A stretch of DNA of 63,949 bases, filler included, from an uncultured Methanosarcinales archaeon (GTDB lineage: Archaea > Nanobdellota > Nanobdellia > Woesearchaeales > CAZKBD01): NCBI GenBank assembly GCA_964550945.1. It is 4 parts of 4 records of this genome, joined end to end, with 100 filler letters (N's around TTAATTAATTAA, not from the genome) between each part and the next. Parts side by side here need not be neighbours in the genome. Positions count along the whole stretch, not along the records: positions 38,867 to 57,193 come from CAZKBD010000030.1; positions 57,294 to 63,949 come from CAZKBD010000094.1; 2 more parts are not named here. One strand, 5' to 3'. The translations under genes were made by a program, and so were the position numbers. Under the pieces are notes generated by a model, which worked only from the letters and a program-made list of their open reading frames with translations, made no database searches and had not been told where the DNA came from. How positions within the stretch are numbered: position 1 is the stretch's first letter; every line of letters begins with the position of its first letter. Below, in pieces: positions 50,770 through 60,500 of the stretch.

Positions 50770-51902
50770 TTTTTTAGAGATTTTGTTACTGCATTAAAAA
50801 CATTATCTACTTTGATCAGTTCCATACAATTTGGCTTTCTACTACAATAATATTGGCCGCAAGGCGAACACTCAACCTTTTTTTGTAAAATTATCTTTTT
50901 ATCTGTTAATGGCCCAAACCTATCGGGGGATTCTGGACCAAATAAAGCTATTAGGGGGGTTCCAACTGCAGCCGCAATGTGTGCTGTTGCAGAATCATTT
51001 CCAATATATAGGTCAGAACCCTTAATCAAAGCTGTTAATTCCCTTAGATTGGTTTTTCCCGTGGCGATACATAGATTTGAATCAACTCCGCTTTGGATAG
51101 ATTCTGCTAGATTAAGCTCGTCTTTAGATCCAATTAAGATAATTTTTGCATTCAATTTTTTGGTTAATAGCCTTATGAGTTCCGTATAATTATCTTTTGG
51201 CCATGCCTTAAAAATTCGTGAAGCGCCCGGATTGATTGTTATTTTCAAATCGTGAGTTTTAATACTGCACTTATTAAGAAAATTGATCACAAAAGTTCCC
51301 TCTCTTGGGGTGAGATTGATAAGTGGGTTTTTATTAACCCCATTCACCCCTAACTCTTTAATAATTTCAAGATTTCTTTCGAACTTATGCTTTTTTAATA
51401 ATACTTTTCTATTTTTGATAGAATTAGTTCCAAAATCGACCCTATATTTAGCTCCCTTAAACAAAGCCAAAATCAAAGTTCCAAAACTGCCTCTAAGATC
51501 GATAATAAGTTCATACTTTGCCTTAAATAAACCCTTTATTGTTTTAATGTTTTTGAATATGTTATATCGGTTGTTTCTTTTAAAAAACAGGGAATCATAT
51601 TCTATCACTTTATCAACATAAGGGTTTTTATTAACCAAATCAACGCATAAAGAATTAACTAACATATCAATTTTAGCATTTTTAAAGTATTTTTTAACGT
51701 TTGTTATGACTGGAGTTGCTAAAATAACGTCTCCTATATGGTCTAATTTTATTATCAAAATCTTTTTTATTTTAGATGGATCATCAATCTTTTTTGTATA
51801 AAGAATGAGGTTTATCAGGTATGAAATTATAATAATTAGAATCTCGTATGTTTTCCTAACATAATATCTACTAAAACAGACCAGATAATTGTTTTGTTTC
51901 AA
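50757..51902 (-). CDS. Glycosyltransferase family 9 (heptosyltransferase-like)
   Basis: DHIGDVILATP, NPGAS..KAWP, GKTNL, GNDSATAHIAAA, CSPC. Confidence 0.9.
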   Translation of the reverse strand: MKQNNYLVCFSRYYVRKTYEILIIIISYLINLILYTKKIDDPSKIKKILIIKLDHIGDVILATPVITNVKKYFKNAKIDMLVNSLCVDLVNKNPYVDKVIEYDSLFFKRNNRYNIFKNIKTIKGLFKAKYELIIDLRGSFGTLILALFKGAKYRVDFGTNSIKNRKVLLKKHKFERNLEIIKELGVNGVNKNPLINLTPREGTFVINFLNKCSIKTHDLKITINPGASRIFKAWPKDNYTELIRLLTKKLNAKIILIGSKDELNLAESIQSGVDSNLCIATGKTNLRELTALIKGSDLYIGNDSATAHIAAAVGTPLIALFGPESPDRFGPLTDKKIILQKKVECSPCGQYYCSRKPNCMELIKVDNVFNAVTKSLKKWRN

Positions 51903-51947
51903 TCAACCACCCAAATATATTTAAATCACCCTTGTTTATAAAGATAT

Positions 51948-52823
51948 ATGCTCTCAATAATCATAACGACCTATAAAGAGCCGAAAACAATTGGAAAAGC
52001 CATTGAAAGCTTTACAAATCAAAAGATAAAAGATTATGAATTGTTAGCCCTGTGCCCAGACAAAGAAACCGCTGATGTGATAAAACAATATTCAAAAAAG
52101 AATAAGAAAATAAAATATATAAAAGACCTAGGAAGAGGGAAACCCAGTGCATTAAATCTTGCACTTAAGAAAGCTAAAGGAGATATTTTGGTTCTAAGCG
52201 ATGGTGATGTTTTTGTTTCTAAAGATTCTGTAAGCTTATTGTTAAAGCATTTTAAAAATAAAAAAATAGGCGCAGTAACTGGGAGGCCGGTTTCAATAAG
52301 CGAAAGGAATAGTATGCTTGGTTATTGGTCTCATTTATTGACTGAAGCTGCACATAAAACTAGGATTAGAAGAAAAGATAAATTTATTGATTGCTCTGGT
52401 TACCTGTATGCTACAAGAAACATCATAAAAGAGATTCCGAAAGACTCCTTATCGGATGACGCGGTAATCTCGCATTTAATCTGGGAAAAAGGATATAAAA
52501 TCGATTATGAGCCAAAAGCTGAGGTCTATGTAAAGTACCCTACTAACTTCAGAGACTGGATTAAACAGAAGAAGAGGTCTGCAGGAGGGTATAATCAAAT
52601 AACTCAGTTTTTTGGCAAGACTGAAAAAATGCGTTCTTTTTCTCGCGAGATTATCTTTGGTTGGTATAAAGCACTAACATACCCGAAAAACATAAAAGAA
52701 TTTATTTGGACATTGCTATTGTTCATTGCAAGACTTTATCTGTGGATACTAATTTATGTTGATATAAACTTAAAGAAAGAAGAGTTTAAAAAAACCTGGC
52801 AACGGGTTGAAAGCACGAAATAA
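51948..52823 (+). CDS. Glycosyltransferase family 2
   Basis: SIIITTYKE, GKPSALN, SDGD, SDD, QKKR. Confidence 0.88.
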   Translation: MLSIIITTYKEPKTIGKAIESFTNQKIKDYELLALCPDKETADVIKQYSKKNKKIKYIKDLGRGKPSALNLALKKAKGDILVLSDGDVFVSKDSVSLLLKHFKNKKIGAVTGRPVSISERNSMLGYWSHLLTEAAHKTRIRRKDKFIDCSGYLYATRNIIKEIPKDSLSDDAVISHLIWEKGYKIDYEPKAEVYVKYPTNFRDWIKQKKRSAGGYNQITQFFGKTEKMRSFSREIIFGWYKALTYPKNIKEFIWTLLLFIARLYLWILIYVDINLKKEEFKKTWQRVESTK

Positions 52824-52850
52824 GGGTGTGAGGAAAATAAGTTGAGAGTT

Positions 52851-53864
52851 TCACAGAATATACAATACAACCGCTACAAAAATTAGTTCAAATACATACA
52901 AACTATAAACTATATCTCTTTCAAAAACTTTCTTCTTTATTATCTTCAAGAGCAAGATAAAGAAATGAGTCAGGCTATAGATTTTTTTATAAGGCATTTC
53001 TAAACTATTGTCTTTGTTTGGCTTTCCAAAGCTTTCTTTTTTAAATTTCCCTCTTAACTTCAAGAAGAATTCAAATATAAACGGGATCAATAAAAACAAA
53101 GCAGCCTTCTCAGCATTTCCTAAGATGGCGACAATTGCAATAACAGCTCCGACACAATAAGTCAAAGTATCTCCTGGGAAGATTTTTGCCGGATACAGAT
53201 TGAACAATAAAAAAGCCACTAAGCATGCTACCATAACTGCTGCAATCATAGCTACTTTGCCTAATCCCTGGTCAATCCAGATGATATAGCCTAAGGCGCC
53301 TAAGATTATTATGCCAAGGCCTGATTCTAATCCATTATACCCAGCAAGCATATTAAAGCCATTTGCAAAAACCATAATGAATATTGGAACAAAAAATAAC
53401 GGATAAATAATCCCTATATCAATCTGGCCTATTAACGGCAAGATCATCTGTGACTTGCCGACATTAATCATCATTATAGGCAAGGCTGCGCATAATGTCA
53501 GAAGTGGCTTTTGCCATTGTTTTAAGCCAATCTTCCATCCAAGGATGTCATCCATCAATCCAATAATTGCGATTATTGTTATGGTGCTTATAGCCCCTAA
53601 AATCTCCAGATTAAATTCTGTTGTTTTATTGATGAAAGTCCTGTAACCCAGATACAAAAAAACGCCAAGCAGAAAACCCATCAAAACAGGCAATCCGCCG
53701 ATCTCTGCAACATTTCTTTTGTCAAATTTATTCATATCAGCTCCAATCAAGCCTGTTTTTTCTGCTCTTCTGATCCACCATTTTGCAGCAAAGAAAGTAG
53801 CAAAAAAAGCTATTATTATGCACACAATTAACAGTATGCTAATCATGTTGCTAGCCATCTCCAC
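52851..53864 (-). CDS. Polyprenyl-phosphate GlcNAc-1-phosphate transferase (GPT/MraY family, AglH-like)
   Basis: DMNK..VAEIGG, GLMDD, NGFNMLAGYNGLE, PAKIFPGDT; multi-TM. Confidence 0.9.
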   Translation of the reverse strand: MEMASNMISILLIVCIIIAFFATFFAAKWWIRRAEKTGLIGADMNKFDKRNVAEIGGLPVLMGFLLGVFLYLGYRTFINKTTEFNLEILGAISTITIIAIIGLMDDILGWKIGLKQWQKPLLTLCAALPIMMINVGKSQMILPLIGQIDIGIIYPLFFVPIFIMVFANGFNMLAGYNGLESGLGIIILGALGYIIWIDQGLGKVAMIAAVMVACLVAFLLFNLYPAKIFPGDTLTYCVGAVIAIVAILGNAEKAALFLLIPFIFEFFLKLRGKFKKESFGKPNKDNSLEMPYKKIYSLTHFFILLLKIIKKKVFERDIVYSLYVFELIFVAVVLYIL

Positions 53865-55108
53865 AAAGGCTCATATTTTATTTTCTTCCCTTCGATTGTT
53901 TCTTCATTTAACATATCATCAGTAATAACAATTCCCTCCTTTAGTTTATATTCGTCCATAAATTTCAGCAGCCCTTTTATATCTTTTTTCCTTATATTAT
54001 TTTTATATTTAACCTCAACCGGAATAGTCTTTTTGTTTATAACTATAAAATCAACTTCCTTATTCAAATCTCTCCAATAGTGGTCTGTTTTAAGAGCAAA
54101 CATTACTAAATTTTCTACAACTTTTCCTACATCAGGAGAATCTAAAGCCAAGGCAAATGCAGGATGGGACAAATAATATTTCTTAAGTTTCCTAGAAGAA
54201 ACTTTCAAGGAGCCCCTGTAGTTTTTGAGGCCGTTCACAACAAAGCAGCTGCACAAATAATAAAGGTAATTGCTGATCAGTTGCCTGCTCCTCCCAAAAT
54301 CTTTTGACAGGTCTTCAAGGCTGACTATCATGCCAGGGTTATTGGCCAGAATATGCACAATTTTATCAATCAGCTCTATGTCGTGGATTCCAAATAACTG
54401 GGTTAAGTCCTTAAATATCACCTTTTCAATAACTCCCTCTTTTATATACTTCTTAGCCAGCTCATCATCTGCATTTACTGTTTCTGGAAATGGCCGCAAA
54501 AGATAATTGTTGAGCTCCACCCTTAGTTCATCTTTCCATAATAAAACATTCTCTTTGATTTTCTGCATTTTTTTTCCTTTAAGTGTTAGGAACTCCTGAA
54601 AACTGAGCAAATGGAGGGTAAAATAAAAAATTCTTCCGGCCAGGTTTTCCTTGGCATAAATCAAAATATTAAGTGAAGCAGAGCCAGAAATGAAAATCTT
54701 AATATTGGGATGAGTGTCATAAATAATCTTAATCTTATTTTGCCAATCGCTTAGTTTTTGAATCTCATCAAAAAAGAAATACAGATTACCCTCACCCAAA
54801 CCTTTTCTCAGTATGTGCTCTTTATACAGGTTTAGTATGTCATCTAGATTCTCAACCGTTTCATCAAAGGAAAAATAGAGTATGTGCTCAGGCTTAATAC
54901 CTTGATTAAGCAAATGCTGAATGACCTGATATAATAGGGTGGTTTTTCCTGTCCTTCTTAGACCCAATATTGCTGTAATCTGCCTTAGGCTGATTGATTC
55001 AATTATTTCTTGAAAAATTTCTCTTTTGAACTTTGGAGTGAGTTCTTCTTTGGCATGACCCACTTTCCACCAAGGGTTTGCTTCAACTAACTTGCTAACA
55101 TTCAACAT
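53843..55108 (-). CDS. AAA_14 ATPase with DUF4143 domain
   Basis: NPWW, GLRRTGKT, FDEIQ, SGS, LAGR, ENLV..EVDF..PVEVK. Confidence 0.92.
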   Translation of the reverse strand: MLNVSKLVEANPWWKVGHAKEELTPKFKREIFQEIIESISLRQITAILGLRRTGKTTLLYQVIQHLLNQGIKPEHILYFSFDETVENLDDILNLYKEHILRKGLGEGNLYFFFDEIQKLSDWQNKIKIIYDTHPNIKIFISGSASLNILIYAKENLAGRIFYFTLHLLSFQEFLTLKGKKMQKIKENVLLWKDELRVELNNYLLRPFPETVNADDELAKKYIKEGVIEKVIFKDLTQLFGIHDIELIDKIVHILANNPGMIVSLEDLSKDFGRSRQLISNYLYYLCSCFVVNGLKNYRGSLKVSSRKLKKYYLSHPAFALALDSPDVGKVVENLVMFALKTDHYWRDLNKEVDFIVINKKTIPVEVKYKNNIRKKDIKGLLKFMDEYKLKEGIVITDDMLNEETIEGKKIKYEPLWRWLAT

Positions 55109-55217
55109 ATTCGTTATATAAAACTAACTGATATTTAAACTTTTCGCAAAAATAAACATAAGAGGGCATTATTGGTTAATCTTACATAACCAATATTCAA
55201 TATAATCGTTATGTGAT

Positions 55218-56369
55218 TTAATCCACTAATTCCCATCTTATTTCCAAATTGCGATCATCTTCATCCAATAATATGGAAAATCCCTCTTCTTTTTCAATAG
55301 CTTCAATAGTCCTATTAGCTGTTTTGCTTGTTATGTTTAATGGATTTAGCTTTGTCTTAAAATCCACTTTTGTATTGTTAATAAGCTTGTTAAGAGTGAT
55401 ATAAGAGCGCATTTCCTTGTAGTCTGTTGTCAGCTCTGCGCTCATCTCCTCTGTTTTTCTTATGTATAAATTTAGATCGTTTGCTGCAGCAAACATTGTT
55501 TTTTCTCTTGGAATATTTTTTAAGAAGCCTTCAAAATTGTTAGTGTCTTTTATTGCCTCTTTGTTTAAGAGTAGGACAAATACCCCTTCTTTTCTTATGT
55601 CTTTTTCCTGGTAAAGGGGATAGATAAGGATGTTCATCTTGCCTCCGACTAAAGAATCAGGATGAAGCGGCTTTGTTGAATTGCCTACACTAAGCAGGAT
55701 AAATTCAATATTATTGTTTTCTGCAGCTAAGATCGTGTCGTAATTTGCCTGCAGTGATGGAGGGATAAACCCTTTAACAACCATTCCCTGGCCTTTGAAA
55801 GCTAATTTTGACTGCCTTATCAGCCTTTCCTGGTATTTGTAGGGTATCTCTGTGTATGGCTGGTTGATGTAGCCAGATGCCTCAAAATCCACATTAGTGA
55901 GGTTAGTAATGTTAAATGCAAGAGAAGGATAGCCTGTTATGAAATCCTCGTAATTATTGCCTTCCTGGGCTGTTAAAAATATTGTGATTGGAGTTTTATA
56001 CTTTGTGGTTGTTTTTGATATATTTTTAATAAATCCAATATCGTTATTTGTTAAGGGCTTGTCAAAATCAACAGCTAAAATTACTGCTCTTTGGTATTCT
56101 CCTGGATAGATGCTGAACTCCATGCCAATATCAACTATGACTGGCTTGCCATAATTAAGAAGAAAAAATAATGCAATGACCAAAACAGCTATCAAGATTA
56201 TGAATATGTTTGTTTTATTTTTGAAGAATTCTATTATCTTCAATGGATTTTTTTGTTTTTTTGTTTTTTCTATCTTAGCGCCGCAGAAAGAGCAATGGAT
56301 GGAATCAGCATCAATCTCTTTTCTGCAAAAACTGCAATGGGCCTTTACTGGCTTATTTATTTCTTTCAT
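55218..56369 (-). CDS. Zinc-ribbon plus TM plus degenerate polysaccharide-deacetylase-like domain
   Basis: CSFC..CSFCG, TM, AVDFD..PITIFL..GFIPP without the metal-binding histidines. Confidence 0.65.
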   Translation of the reverse strand: MKEINKPVKAHCSFCRKEIDADSIHCSFCGAKIEKTKKQKNPLKIIEFFKNKTNIFIILIAVLVIALFFLLNYGKPVIVDIGMEFSIYPGEYQRAVILAVDFDKPLTNNDIGFIKNISKTTTKYKTPITIFLTAQEGNNYEDFITGYPSLAFNITNLTNVDFEASGYINQPYTEIPYKYQERLIRQSKLAFKGQGMVVKGFIPPSLQANYDTILAAENNNIEFILLSVGNSTKPLHPDSLVGGKMNILIYPLYQEKDIRKEGVFVLLLNKEAIKDTNNFEGFLKNIPREKTMFAAANDLNLYIRKTEEMSAELTTDYKEMRSYITLNKLINNTKVDFKTKLNPLNITSKTANRTIEAIEKEEGFSILLDEDDRNLEIRWELVD

Positions 56370-56387
56370 TAAATTCACCTTAGTTAC

Positions 56388-56497
56388 GTCAAGAACTGCG
56401 GATTGAATTCCACAGCGTGCAGTTCTTGAGCGTGCTCAGAAATCGCTTGCTTGCTCTAGGTTAAAACCCCTAAGTGTGCGCATTAGCGATTTCTGAC
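56388..56497. repeat. Twin-hairpin palindromic element
   Basis: TCAAGAACTGC-N19-GCAGTTCTTGA, then central GAGCGTGCTC, then TCAGAAATCGCT-N37-AGCGATTTCTGA. Confidence 0.8.
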
Positions 56498-56549
56498 ACA
56501 TCAATATAATCATAATTTTATCTGGGTTCTTCTTTAGGCTTTGCTTATT

Positions 56550-57193
56550 CTAAGGAATTTTTGAATTTAACCTTTTAGTAGTTGCCGCAATTCTTTTCTC
56601 ATCAGACTTAACTTTTCGCTCTAATTTTTTTATGTCTTGCTCTGGTGGAAGGTTTTCAGGAGCTATTCCACTTTTGGCAAGCAACCCTCTCACATCTTGG
56701 TTATTCTTTATATGCTCCTTTGTGATTGTAGGCTCACCACATAAATTATCTTTTTTAACGTTGAAGTTGGTTATTTCCGCAGCGAGGTTTTTTGCAGTTA
56801 TCGTTATTGTAGGCAAAAAATCTGCAAGAGGCCTATTCTTAGGCAATCCTAATTTATGCTTCATCTGTAATGTAGTATGCCCGCCAAATAATGCGTGGTC
56901 GCCCTTGCTTCTTATTCTGCCAAACCCCTCTTCGTCTACGCCCCTTTCATAGATCAATTTCGACAATTCGGTTTCAGATGAGACTAATTTTTGACGTGCA
57001 TTCAGCCTTTCGATCAATGCAATCCTTTCTTCAATTAATTCTTGCTTTCGGGTTTGGATTGCAAAATAACTTTGCGCAAAGGCTATCTGCTCTTTTCTTG
57101 AGTCCCCATTTTGGGCTATAAGGTAACAGGCATAGCGGGTAAGCATTAAATCATCAATCTCTTTAGTTGCGCCCTTTGGCATAGGTATCGTTT
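56550..57193 (-). CDS. dinD: DNA damage-inducible protein D (5'-partial)
   Basis: LTRYACYLIAQNGD..K..IAFAQSYFAIQTRKQE, GDHALFGG, PENLPP..DIKKLER. Confidence 0.88.
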
Positions 57194-57293
57194 NNNNNNN
57201 NNNNNNNNNNNNNNNNNNNNNNNNNNNNNNNNNNNNNTTAATTAATTAANNNNNNNNNNNNNNNNNNNNNNNNNNNNNNNNNNNNNNNNNNNN
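57194..57293. other. Artificial contig linker
   Basis: N-run, TTAATTAATTAA, N-run. Confidence 0.95.
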
Positions 57294-57593
57294 ATTTAAA
57301 GAAAATACTTAATGAACAGGTTTTTGTAAAAAACGCAAAAGTCTAATTTGAGAAAGTTTTATATAGTTCCGTCTATAACTAAGCAATTATTGGGGATGTT
57401 TTAATTGTTTTAATGGGGGTTTGAAAAAATTGGTGAGCAGTGTCTTAGACAATAGAATCAGGACTTCTAATAAGACTTTAAGGCAGATTGCTGAACTTGG
57501 TTTTGTTGAAAAAGATCATTCTTGTGTAACCATAATTAGCATATGTAATCAGACAATTGAGAACTACATAATTGGTAGGGAGATTTGATAAGT

Positions 57594-60500
57594 ATGGAGA
57601 TTAAAAAAAGTAAATGTGCAAGATATATTTCTGTGCATTTGTTGGTGGTCGGTTTATTGATTTTTATTATGAGCTTTAGTGTTTTTGCAGACAATTCTTT
57701 AACCAATAAAGAATCAAAAAATAAATTTGATTATTCGCTTGTTTCATATCTGCAGAATGAATCACAAAAGAGGTCTCATACCTCAGGTGTAAAAGCGACG
57801 AGCGTTCAAACATTAAGCCAAGATAAAATTCCAGTAATCATAACCCTATACCGAAGAGAAGATATGTTTAAATTATCTTCTTATCTAAACAGAAATGGTG
57901 CTAATATCAAGTTCTCTTTTGAGTTGATAGATGCTATAGCTGTTGATATTTCCTCGAACTTTTTTGAATCATTAGCATCGAATGAATATGTAAAGCAGAT
58001 ATACCTTGATAGGAAGATACAACTACCCCAACCAGATATAAATTTTGAAAAAAAGATTTATAACCTGTACAGAAAACCAAATATGCAGAACATAGAAGGA
58101 AATAGTGAATTAAAACCGCAACTTTACGAGAGTACTAAATTTATTAGTGCACCTTTTATGTGGGATTTAGGAATAGATGGATCAGGTGTGAAAATAGCAA
58201 TATTAGACACCGGAATCGACGATACTCATCCTGACTTAAAGGGCAAAGTTATCTCTAAAAGGGATTTTACTTTATTTGATGGAGAACTTAAGACCAAAGA
58301 TGGGAATGGCCATGGAACCCATGTTGCTGGTATTGCTACTGGAACTGGAGCAGGCTCAGTTAAGCATATTGATACGTCATCCACTTACACATCTGGCTTA
58401 TCTAATTTACCTTTCTCTCCAAACAATTATCATGTGGGAAAAGAATCATTCCGTTTTTTGTGGGATGACCAAAGCAACAAATATAATATTCTTATTCTTG
58501 ATTCGCCACCATCAGAAGGTAATGTATCATTAAATAGCAGTTATCCTGATAACTATTTTGATTTTGAAACTTTATCAGTGTCAGACAAAGGGTATTATAG
58601 AGACCTAGGTTTTTATAATCATTCGATGATAATGTATGCACGAATCATAGACATGGGTGAGAACTCAATAGATACTGTAACTTGCTCTGAAAGTCCCGAA
58701 AGTTATGGATACTATGGATATATCTACCAATACCACACATATTGTATTCTTACTGATAAGGATAATTATGTAAAAATTTATATTACCGATAAGCAATCCG
58801 ACAATCTTGATTTTTCATATCAATTTCAAAGTATACCTGAACCAATAATTTTCTTGGATATGGATGGTAATTTTAATACAAAATCAGACCAGTTAGTTGC
58901 CTCTAATAATACTCATTTTGGCAAAACAGAAAAAACCTGCTATAGTTATAGCTGGGGTGATTATTGTTATTATGATTATTCATATGACCTCTTGTTTGAT
59001 ATACCTAGTAACTTAAAATCTGTAAAAGTAGGTTACGATTTGGATTGGGATAACCAACAAGATACATTTAAAGGAGTTGCACCGGGAGCAAAATTATTAA
59101 ATGGAAAAGTATTGTCTGACTATGGTAATGGTTACGATTCAGGAATAATTGCGGGCATAGAGTGGGCTGTTCTTAGTGACGTAGATATAATCTCAATGAG
59201 TCTCGGTGGTGGGGAAAATATTTGTGATGGAAATGATCCATTATCAGAAGCAGTTGAAAAAGCTTCTGATATGGGCGTAACTGTTGTAGTTGCTGCTGGT
59301 AACTCTGGTTATTGGGGTAGAGAGACTTTAGGTTCTCCAGGATGTGCAGATAAAATTATTACTGTTGGAGCATCTTCAAAATACGCTTATGATCCATATA
59401 TAGCCGATTTTAGCAGTCAAGGACCAACAGCTGATGGTAGAATAAAACCTGAAGTGCTTGCCCCCGGGAAAGATATAATTGCTCCTCAAGCTGTTGATAC
59501 TGAACTAGGTTATTCACCTATTAATGGTTATGTTTCTTTAAGTGGGACATCTATGGCTACACCTCATGTTGCTGGTGTTGCAGCTTTGCTTAAGCAGATG
59601 GATAGTTCATTAACACCAAAGGAAATAAAGGAAATATTGATGAATACAGCAAGTAATCTTGCAGGTGAAAGTGTTTTCAGACAAGGGGCTGGAATTATAA
59701 ATATGGTTAAAGCTTATGATGAAGTATCCAATTCAAAGCTGTTGGCATCTCCTTCTATGTTTAGTTTAATTTTAAAAGATAATGAAATAAAAAAAATTGG
59801 ATTAGACACTTCTATAAGAAATCCTAAGCTATTAGCTTTTAAGGATGAACTTAACTCTACAATGGCTGAAGAATTCTCAGGAGAAGTAAATGAGAAGAGG
59901 GGGTTTTGGTATAATTTCACAATTCCTGCAGATACTATTAGATATGTAGTGCAAATTAACTGGAGTGACAGCGCACATGATGTGGATATGCATTTATATG
60001 GGCCTTCTGGGGATTATTATGGTGGGTCATACGGAGTTAGTGACCACGAATCAATTTTGGTCAATAACCCATCGGAAGGGACTTGGCGTTTGTATGTTTA
60101 TTTATGTTGTGGGCTTAGTGGAACAGCCAATGTGGATGGTCAGCTTGATTTGTCGAGCCTAATTAAATGGGATTGGTTTAACTATGATGGTACAACAGAG
60201 AGACTAATCATTGATTCAGGTGGTGCAGAATCAGGATTTTATTCTGGCAAAATTAGGTTGTCCTCACAAGATGATAATGATTCCACTACTATCCCTACTT
60301 CGATAATAGTATCAAAATCAATAAATTTCAGCGGCTTTATGAGTCATTCATCCATTTCCAATCCGTGTTCAGGAGGAAGCAGTGGAGGGGGGTGGAGTAG
60401 TCCTGGAAGTTCTACAAAGTCTTACGCCTCATTTGATGGTTTTTTTTGTAAGGATTTAGACAGAAAGGCGTATTCATTTACAATACCAGACAACATTCCT

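Noticed and set aside
58340..59070. Intein in the subtilase
   Set aside because: No C-terminal His-Asn followed by Cys/Ser/Thr, and no block B TxxH or LAGLIDADG motif.
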